Shown one piece after another: positions 56,726 through 64,000 of a stretch of DNA of 64,000 nucleotides (positions are counted from its first letter, which is position 1; each line of letters begins with the position of its first letter). The position numbers were made by a program, and so were the translations under genes. The DNA is from Anaeramoeba ignava BMAN (taxonomy: Eukaryota > Protista > Anaeramoebae), in the NCBI GenBank assembly GCA_028826165.1, contig JAPDFW010000114.1, positions 434,001 to 498,000 on the forward strand, read 5' to 3'. The notes under the pieces are model-generated. The model was given only the letters and a program-made list of their open reading frames with translations, had not been told where the DNA came from and did no database searches.

Positions 56726-58567
56726 ATGAATTTAATCCCTTTAAATGATATTTATTTTTTTGGAAGAAATGAAAATCCAAAACTTATTCAAAATAAAACG
56801 AAAAAAATAACAAAACCAATTAAATTTAAATTTAAATTTAAATTTAAATTTAAAAATGAAAATGAAAATGAAAATGAAAAACAAATTAAACAAATTTCAT
56901 CAAGTTGTTTTTCAACAATTTTCCTTTTTGAAAATGGAAAAGCAATAGAATATTTAAATGAAAATGATTCAAATCCAAAACCTGAAAAAATCCAAATTGA
57001 AGAAAATATTCAAAAAGTAACTGTTGGTGTTGAAAATGAAGCTATTTTAACAAAAGAAGGAAATGTATTTGCAAAAGAAAGTTATGCAAATCCAAATAAT
57101 CCAAATCAATTTATCAATATTTCATCATTAATTGAAGATAAAAATGATAGAATAATTGAAGATATTGTTTCTGGATGGAATTCAACTTATTTATTAACTT
57201 CAAATCAAAATGCTTATGGAATTGGTTCAAATGAATATGGTCAACTTGGTTTAGATCCGGAAACACTTGAAGAAAAAGAAAAACCAATTTTAATGATGAA
57301 AAATGTTTCTAAAATATTTTCAGGAATTTGTTCTTATCATGTTTTTCTTTTAAATTCAAATCAAGAATTATTTGGATGTGGTGATAACAATTATGGTCAA
57401 CTTGGATTAAGAAAATCAAAAAGAAAGCAAACAAGAATATATAATTTAACCAAAATCCAAAATATTCCAAAAGGCAAAATAATTGATATTAAATCTGGAT
57501 ATAATCATTCAATAATGTTGATTGAAAATGAAAATCAAAATCAAGATCTAAAAAGAAAACTTTATTCATGTGGAAATCATCTATATAATGGGATTGGCAA
57601 AAAAAATAAAGATACTTATGAATTTACTGAAATCAAATCATCTTTATTGAAAAATGATAATATTCTTGATTTTTCTGTTGGTTATTCACATACTTTGATT
57701 TTAACTTCCAATTCAAAATTAATCGGATTTGGAAGCAACAATTATTGTCAATTAGGAACTGGAGATACAAATTATCAATTAATTCCAATTCAAATTAAAC
57801 TTCCTAAATTAAGATTTAATGAAAATATTTCTTATTATCATATTTCTTGTGGTGATTATAAATCCTTTCTTTGTTCTCCTCCTTTTTCTAATCTTGAAGA
57901 AGATTTAATAAAACTATTTCGAAGAAAAGAATTTTATGATATTTCATTTAAAACCAAAAATGGAGAAATAATTGAAGCTCATAAATTAATATTGAAATAT
58001 AGATTAAATCAAAATCAAAATCAAATTGAAAAACTTCAAGAAATTATTTCAACAAAATCAATTAAAGAATCAAATCAAATATTTGAAATGATTTATTCAA
58101 ATAATTCCAAAATAAATCCAATATTATATTCTGAAATTAAAGAGATTATAAATTCTAATGAAAAAATTGAAGAAACAATGAAAAGAATTTATTTAAATGA
58201 AAATGAAAATGAAAAAGATTTTATTATTGAAAGAAAAGAAAAGAAATATAAATTTCCAAAATTAATATTAATAATGAGAAGTGAATTATATCGAGGAATG
58301 TTTTTATCTGTAATAAATGATACTTCTAATAAAGTTACAGATTATAGTGAATTAAGTAATAAATCATTTCAAATATTTGAATATTGGATTTATTCAAATC
58401 AAATTAAAGATGATATTCAAATTACAAAAGAAATTATTCAAGAACTTAAAAGAGGAATTGATTATTTTCAATTAAATGAAACAAATCCAAATTTATTTGA
58501 TTTATTAATTAACAAATTTAATAATCAAAATCAAAAAAAAAGAAAATTAAAATTTGAATGTTTTTAA
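56726..58567 (+). CDS. RCC1-repeat + BTB-like domain protein, copy 1
   Basis: GIGSNEYGQLG, GCGDNNYGQLG, SGYNHS, VGYSHTL (RCC1 repeats); FYDISF...AHKLIL and LILIMRSELYRGMF...YWIYSN (two BTB-like domains). Confidence 0.9.
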   Translation: MNLIPLNDIYFFGRNENPKLIQNKTKKITKPIKFKFKFKFKFKNENENENEKQIKQISSSCFSTIFLFENGKAIEYLNENDSNPKPEKIQIEENIQKVTVGVENEAILTKEGNVFAKESYANPNNPNQFINISSLIEDKNDRIIEDIVSGWNSTYLLTSNQNAYGIGSNEYGQLGLDPETLEEKEKPILMMKNVSKIFSGICSYHVFLLNSNQELFGCGDNNYGQLGLRKSKRKQTRIYNLTKIQNIPKGKIIDIKSGYNHSIMLIENENQNQDLKRKLYSCGNHLYNGIGKKNKDTYEFTEIKSSLLKNDNILDFSVGYSHTLILTSNSKLIGFGSNNYCQLGTGDTNYQLIPIQIKLPKLRFNENISYYHISCGDYKSFLCSPPFSNLEEDLIKLFRRKEFYDISFKTKNGEIIEAHKLILKYRLNQNQNQIEKLQEIISTKSIKESNQIFEMIYSNNSKINPILYSEIKEIINSNEKIEETMKRIYLNENENEKDFIIERKEKKYKFPKLILIMRSELYRGMFLSVINDTSNKVTDYSELSNKSFQIFEYWIYSNQIKDDIQITKEIIQELKRGIDYFQLNETNPNLFDLLINKFNNQNQKKRKLKFECF

Positions 58568-58614
58568 AAATATTTTTTTTGATTTTTCATTTTTCATTTT
58601 TTTTCTTTTTAAAA

Positions 58615-60396
58615 ATGAATGAAATTATATTTTTTGGTTTTAATCAAAATCCAAAACTTATCAAAAATGAAAGAGATGAAATAACAAAACCAATTCAATT
58701 TAAATTTGAAAATGAAAATGAAAAACAAATTAAACAAATTTCATCAAGTGAATTTTCAACAATTTTCCTTTTTGAAAATGGAAAAGCAATAGAATATTTA
58801 AAAGATTTAAAACAAAATCCTCAAGAAATCCAAATTGAAAATATTCAAAAAGTAACTGCTGCTTTTGTAAAAGGAGTTATTTTAACAACAGAAGGAAATG
58901 TATTTTCATTAGGAAAAAAAATTAATCCAATAAATCCAAATGAATTTATCAATATTTCATCATTAATTGAAGATATAAATGATAGAATAATTCAAGATGT
59001 TGTTTCTGGATACAATTCAGTTTATTTATTAACTTCAAATCAAAATGTTTATGGAATTGGTTCAAATCTATCTGGTCAACTTGGATTTGATTCTGAAACA
59101 CTTGAAAAAACAGAAAAACCAATTTTAATGATGAAAAATGTTTCTAAAATATTTTCAGGAAATTCTTCATATTCTGTTTTTCTTTTAAATTCAAATCAAG
59201 AATTATTTGGATGTGGTGAGAATTATTTCGGTCAACTTGGATTAGGAGAATCAGAAGAAGATAAAATCTATAAATTAACCAAAATTCCAAATATTCCAAA
59301 AGGTAAAATAATTGATATTAAATGTGGATTTCATCATTCAATAATGTTGATTGAAAATGAAAATCGAAAAAGAAAACTTTATTCATGTGGATATTATCTA
59401 TATAATGGGATTGGCAAAAAAAATGAAAATATTTATGAATTTACTGAAGTCAAATCATCTTTATTGAAAAATGATGATATTATTGATTTTTCTGTTGGAG
59501 ATTATCATACTTTGATTTTAACTTCCAATTCAAAATTAATAGTATTTGGAGATAATTATTATGGTCAATTAGGAACTGGAAAGAGAAAAGATAAATTAAT
59601 TCCAATTCAAATAAAACTTCCTGAATTAAGATTTAATGAAGAAATTTTCAATTATCATGTTCTTTGTGGATATTTGAATTCATTTCTTTATTATTCTCCT
59701 TTTCTTTCTTTTTCCAATCTTGAAGAAGATTTGATAAAACTATTTCGAAGAAAAGAATTTTGCAATATTTCATTTAAAACCAAAAATGGAGAAATAATTG
59801 AAGCTCATAAATTAATATTGAAATATAGATTAAATCAAAATCAAAATGAAATTGAAAAACTTCAAGAAATTATTTCAACAAAATCAATTAAAGAATCAAA
59901 TCAAATATTTGAAATGATTTATTCAAACAGAATAATAAATCCAAAATTATATTCAGAAATTAAAGAAATTATAAATTCTAATGAAAAAATTGAAGAAACA
60001 ATGAAAAGAATTTATTTAAATGAAAATGAAAAAGATTTTATAATTGAAAGAAAAGAAAAACAATATAAATTTCCAAAATTAATATTAATAATGAGAAGTG
60101 AATTATATCGAGGAATGTTTTTATCTGTAACTGAAGATACTTCTAATAAAGTTACAGATTATAGTGAATTAAGTAATAAATCATTTCAAATATTTGAATA
60201 TTGGATTTATTCAAATCAAATTAAAAATGGAATTCAAATTACAAAAGAAATAATTAATGAACTTAAAAGAGGAATTGATTATTTTCAATTAAATCAAACA
60301 AATCCAAATTTATTTGATTTATTAATTAACAAATTTAATAATCAAAATCAAAATCAAAATCAAAATTCAAATGAAAAGAAATGTTTAATTTATTAA
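58615..60396 (+). CDS. RCC1-repeat + BTB-like domain protein, copy 2
   Basis: Paralogue of copy 1. The start is placed at MNEIIFFG (58615) by alignment with the other copies, not at the track's 58558. Confidence 0.88.
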   Translation: MNEIIFFGFNQNPKLIKNERDEITKPIQFKFENENEKQIKQISSSEFSTIFLFENGKAIEYLKDLKQNPQEIQIENIQKVTAAFVKGVILTTEGNVFSLGKKINPINPNEFINISSLIEDINDRIIQDVVSGYNSVYLLTSNQNVYGIGSNLSGQLGFDSETLEKTEKPILMMKNVSKIFSGNSSYSVFLLNSNQELFGCGENYFGQLGLGESEEDKIYKLTKIPNIPKGKIIDIKCGFHHSIMLIENENRKRKLYSCGYYLYNGIGKKNENIYEFTEVKSSLLKNDDIIDFSVGDYHTLILTSNSKLIVFGDNYYGQLGTGKRKDKLIPIQIKLPELRFNEEIFNYHVLCGYLNSFLYYSPFLSFSNLEEDLIKLFRRKEFCNISFKTKNGEIIEAHKLILKYRLNQNQNEIEKLQEIISTKSIKESNQIFEMIYSNRIINPKLYSEIKEIINSNEKIEETMKRIYLNENEKDFIIERKEKQYKFPKLILIMRSELYRGMFLSVTEDTSNKVTDYSELSNKSFQIFEYWIYSNQIKNGIQITKEIINELKRGIDYFQLNQTNPNLFDLLINKFNNQNQNQNQNSNEKKCLIY

Positions 60397-60479
60397 ATTT
60401 AAAATTAAAATTTAAAATCAAAATTAATAATTAAAATTAAAATTCACAAAATCATTTTTTCATTTTTTTCTTTTTAAAA

Positions 60480-62303
60480 ATGAATGATTGTTTATTTTTT
60501 GGAAGAAATCAAAATCCAAAACTTATCAAAAATGAAAAAGATGAAATAACAAAACCAATTCAATTTAAATTTGAAAATGAAAATGAAAATGAAAATGAAA
60601 ATGAAAAACAAATTAAACAAATTTCATCAAGTTATTTTTCAACAATTTTCCTTTTTGAAAATGGAAAAGCAATAGAATACTTAAAAGATTTAAATCAAAA
60701 TCCTGAAAAAATTCAAATTGAAAATATTCAAAAAGTAACTGCTGCTTTTGTAAAAGGAGTTATTTTAACAAAAGAAGGAAATGTATTTGCAAAAGGAATT
60801 AATATTGATTTACAAAATGCAAATAATACAAAAGAATTTATCAATATTTCATCATTAATTGAAGATACAAATGATAGAATAATTCAAGATATTGTTTCTG
60901 GATGGAATTCAACTTATTTATTAACTTCAAATCAAAATGCTTATGGAATTGGTTCAAATAGATTTGGTCAACTTGGATTTGATTCTGAAACACTTAAAAA
61001 AACAGAAAAACCAATTTTAATGATGAAAAATGTTTCTAAAATATTTTCAGGAATTTCTTCAAATTCTGTTTTTCTTTTAAATTCAAATCAAGAATTATTT
61101 GGATGTGGATATAATGAATCTGGCCAAATTGGATTAGGAAAATCAAGAAAATATGAAGCATATATCCAAAAATTAACCAAAATCCAAAATATTCCAAAAG
61201 GTAAAATAATTGATATTAAATCTTCAGATCATTCAATAATGTTGATTGAAAATGAAGATGAAAATGAAGATGAAAATGAAAATGAAAATCCAAAAAGAAA
61301 ACTTTATTCATGTGGAAGTCGACACTATAATGGACTTGGCAAAAATAAAGATACTTATGAATTTACTGAAATCAAATCATCTTTATTGAAAAATGATGAT
61401 ATTATTGATATTTCTGTTGGAAATGATCATAGTTTGATTTTAACTTCTAAATCAAAATTAATAGTATTTGGAGATAATTATTATGGTCAATTAGGAACTG
61501 GAAATCTAAAATATCAATTAATTCCAATTCAAATAAAACTTCCTAAATTAAGATTTAATGAAAATATTTCCAATTATCATGTTTATTGTGGATATTTGAA
61601 TTCATTTCTTTATTGTTCTCCTCCTTTTTCCAATCTTGAAGAAGATTTGATAAAATTATTTCGAAGAAAAGAATTTTGTGATATTTCATTTAAAACCAAA
61701 AATGGAGAAATAATTGAAGTTCATAAATTAATATTGAAATATAGATTAAATCAAAATCAAAATGAAATTGAAAAACTTAAAGAAATTATTTCAAAAAAAT
61801 CAATTAAAGAATCAAATCAAATATTTGAAATGATTTATTCAAATAATTCCAAAATAAATCCAATATTATATTCTGAAATTAAAGAAATTATAAATTCTAA
61901 TGAAAAAATAGAAGAAATAATGAAAAGAATTTATTTAAATGAAAATGAAAAAGATTTTATTATTGAAAGAAAAGAAAAGAAATATAAATTTCCAAAATTA
62001 ATATTAATAATGAGAAGTGAATTATATCGAGGAATGTTTTTATCTGTAACAAATGATACTTCTAATAAAGTTACAGATTATAGTGAATTAAGTAATAAAT
62101 CATTTCAAATATTTGAATATTGGATTTATTCAAATCAAATTAAAAATGGAATTCAAATTACAAAAGAAATTATTCAAGAAATTAAAAGAGGAATTGATTA
62201 TTTTCAATTAAATCAAACAAATCCAAATTTATTTGATTTATTAATTAATAAATTTAAAAATCAAAATCAAAAAAAAAGAAAATTAAAATTTGAATGTTTT
62301 TAA
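60480..62303 (+). CDS. RCC1-repeat + BTB-like domain protein, copy 3
   Basis: Paralogue; same C-terminus KKRKLKFECF as copy 1. Confidence 0.9.
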   Translation: MNDCLFFGRNQNPKLIKNEKDEITKPIQFKFENENENENENEKQIKQISSSYFSTIFLFENGKAIEYLKDLNQNPEKIQIENIQKVTAAFVKGVILTKEGNVFAKGINIDLQNANNTKEFINISSLIEDTNDRIIQDIVSGWNSTYLLTSNQNAYGIGSNRFGQLGFDSETLKKTEKPILMMKNVSKIFSGISSNSVFLLNSNQELFGCGYNESGQIGLGKSRKYEAYIQKLTKIQNIPKGKIIDIKSSDHSIMLIENEDENEDENENENPKRKLYSCGSRHYNGLGKNKDTYEFTEIKSSLLKNDDIIDISVGNDHSLILTSKSKLIVFGDNYYGQLGTGNLKYQLIPIQIKLPKLRFNENISNYHVYCGYLNSFLYCSPPFSNLEEDLIKLFRRKEFCDISFKTKNGEIIEVHKLILKYRLNQNQNEIEKLKEIISKKSIKESNQIFEMIYSNNSKINPILYSEIKEIINSNEKIEEIMKRIYLNENEKDFIIERKEKKYKFPKLILIMRSELYRGMFLSVTNDTSNKVTDYSELSNKSFQIFEYWIYSNQIKNGIQITKEIIQEIKRGIDYFQLNQTNPNLFDLLINKFKNQNQKKRKLKFECF

Positions 62304-62349
62304 AAATATTTTTTTCGATTTTTCATTTTTCATTTTTTTCTTTTTAAAA

Positions 62350-64000
62350 ATGAATGAAATTATATTTTTTGGTCAAAATCAAAATCCAAAACTTATCAAA
62401 AATGAAAGAGATGAAATAACAAAACCAATTCAATTTAAATTTGAAAATGAAAATGAAAAACAAATTAAACAAATTTCATCAAGTGAATTTTCAATAATTT
62501 TCCTTTTTGAAAATGGAAAAGCAATAGAATATTTAAAAGATTTAAAACAAAATCCTCAAGAAATCCAAATTGAAGAAAATATTCAAAAAGTAACTGCTGC
62601 TTTTGTAAAAGGAGTTATTTTAACAACAGAAGGAAATGTATTTTCATTAGGAAAAAAAATTAATCCAATAAATCCAAATGAATTTATCAATATTTCATCA
62701 TTAATTGAAGATACAAATGATAGAATAATTCAAGATGTTGTTTCTGGATATAATTCAGTTTACTTATTAACTTCAAATCAAAATGCTTATGGAATTGGTT
62801 CAAATAGATTTGGCCAACTTGGATTTGATTCTGAAACACTTGAAAAAACAGAAAAACCAATTTTAATGATGAAAAACGTTTCTAAAATATTTTCAGGAAA
62901 TTCTTCATATTCTGTTTTTCTTTTAAATTCAAATAAAGAATTATTTGGATGTGGTGAGAATTATTTCGGTCAACTTGGATTAGGAGAATCAGAAGAAGAT
63001 AAAATCTATAAATTAACCAAAATTCCAAATATTCCAAAAGGCAAAATAATTGATATTAAATGTGGATTTCATCATTCAATAATGTTGATTGAAAATGAAA
63101 ATCGAAAAAGAAAACTTTATTCATGTGGAAATTATCTATATAATGGGATTGGCAAAAAAAATGAAAATATTTATGAATTTACTGAAGTCAAATCATCTTT
63201 ATTGAAAAATGATGATATTATTGATTTTTCTGTTGGAGATTCTCATACTTTGATTTTAACTTCCAATTCAAAATTAATAGTATTTGGAGATAATTATTAT
63301 GGTCAATTAGGAACTGGAAAGAGAAAAGATAAATTAATTCCAATTCAAATAAAACTTCCTGAATTAAGATTTAATGAAGAAATTTTCAATTATCATGTTC
63401 TTTGTGGATATTTGAATTCATTTCTTTATTATTCTCCTTTTCTTTCTTTTTCCAATCTTGAAGAAGATTTGATAAAACTATTTAGAAGAAAAGAATTTTG
63501 CAATATTTCATTTAAAACCGAAAATGGAGAAATAATTGAAGCTCATAAATTAATATTGAAATATAGATTAAATCAAAATCAAAATGAAATTGAAAAACTT
63601 CAAGAAATTATTTCAACAAAATCAATTAAAGAATCAAATCAAATATTTGAAATGATTTATTCAAACAGAATAATAAATCCAAAATTATATTCTGAAATTA
63701 AAGAAATTATAAATTCTAATGAAAAAATTGAAGAAACAATGAAAAGAATTTATTTAAATGAAAATGAAAATGAAAATGAAAAAGATTTTATAATTGAAAG
63801 AAAAGAAAAGAAATATAAATTTCCAAAATTAATATTAATAATGAGAAGTGAATTATATCGAGGAATGTTTTTATCTGTAACTGAAGATACTTCTAATAAA
63901 GTTACAGATTATAGTGAATTAAGTAATGAATCATTTCAAATATTTGAATATTGGATTTATTCAAATCAAATCAAAGATGATATTCAAATTACAAAAGAAA
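62350..64000 (+). CDS. RCC1-repeat + BTB-like domain protein, copy 4, truncated by the window end
   Basis: Starts MNEIIFFGQNQNPKL and is near-identical to copy 2; absent from the ORF track because no stop falls inside the window. Confidence 0.87.
   Translation, partial: MNEIIFFGQNQNPKLIKNERDEITKPIQFKFENENEKQIKQISSSEFSIIFLFENGKAIEYLKDLKQNPQEIQIEENIQKVTAAFVKGVILTTEGNVFSLGKKINPINPNEFINISSLIEDTNDRIIQDVVSGYNSVYLLTSNQNAYGIGSNRFGQLGFDSETLEKTEKPILMMKNVSKIFSGNSSYSVFLLNSNKELFGCGENYFGQLGLGESEEDKIYKLTKIPNIPKGKIIDIKCGFHHSIMLIENENRKRKLYSCGNYLYNGIGKKNENIYEFTEVKSSLLKNDDIIDFSVGDSHTLILTSNSKLIVFGDNYYGQLGTGKRKDKLIPIQIKLPELRFNEEIFNYHVLCGYLNSFLYYSPFLSFSNLEEDLIKLFRRKEFCNISFKTENGEIIEAHKLILKYRLNQNQNEIEKLQEIISTKSIKESNQIFEMIYSNRIINPKLYSEIKEIINSNEKIEETMKRIYLNENENENEKDFIIERKEKKYKFPKLILIMRSELYRGMFLSVTEDTSNKVTDYSELSNESFQIFEYWIYSNQIKDDIQITKE

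Noticed and set aside
58558-58614. Overlap of RCC1-BTB copy 2 with copy 1 and an apparent signal peptide (MFLKIFFLIFHFSFFFF)
   Set aside because: A translation of the T-rich spacer; alignment with copy 4 and the position of the TCATTTT motifs put the start at 58615.
1-64000. tRNA, rRNA, transposase/RT genes, or an alternative genetic code
   Set aside because: None recognisable by eye; genes end in TAA, TAG or TGA and all in-frame stops are explained by introns. Small ncRNAs cannot be excluded without covariance-model searches.

Overview
Very AT-rich, intron-containing eukaryotic (protist) DNA using the standard code, gene-dense, with introns often inflated by simple repeats. The nuclear intein, RCC1-BTB array and bacterial-type genes suggest an anaerobic metamonad such as Anaeramoeba; this is my inference and has not been verified. 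I rebuilt about 20 genes by hand across introns: a truncated FG-GAP protein, a C2/EF-hand phosphatidylserine decarboxylase, an 18-copy LCCL protein, a radical SAM-diflavin reductase fusion, a VOC/glyoxalase, a TM-anchored SLFN/GLFN-repeat protein, HBS1 with an intein, a beta-helix surface protein, PUS10, a double-PHD protein, POLD1, costars, a BTB-BACK fusion, a TTP-like CCCH protein, RapGAP, a P5B ATPase, a GPCR, a degenerate BET-like protein and four RCC1-BTB genes. Main highlights: (1) an AmmeMemoRadiSam-type (AmrS) radical SAM enzyme fused in one exon to a complete NADPH/FAD/FMN cytochrome-P450-reductase-like module, i.e. a putative self-reducing radical SAM enzyme; (2) two consecutive AT-AC minor-spliceosome (U12-type) introns in POLD1, both needed to keep the reading frame; (3) a 267-aa intein in the GTPase P-loop of HBS1; (4) a POM121-like protein with FN rather than FG repeats; (5) a TTTCATTTT initiator-like motif before most genes and a 145-bp satellite. 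All splice models are manual, with no transcript data.
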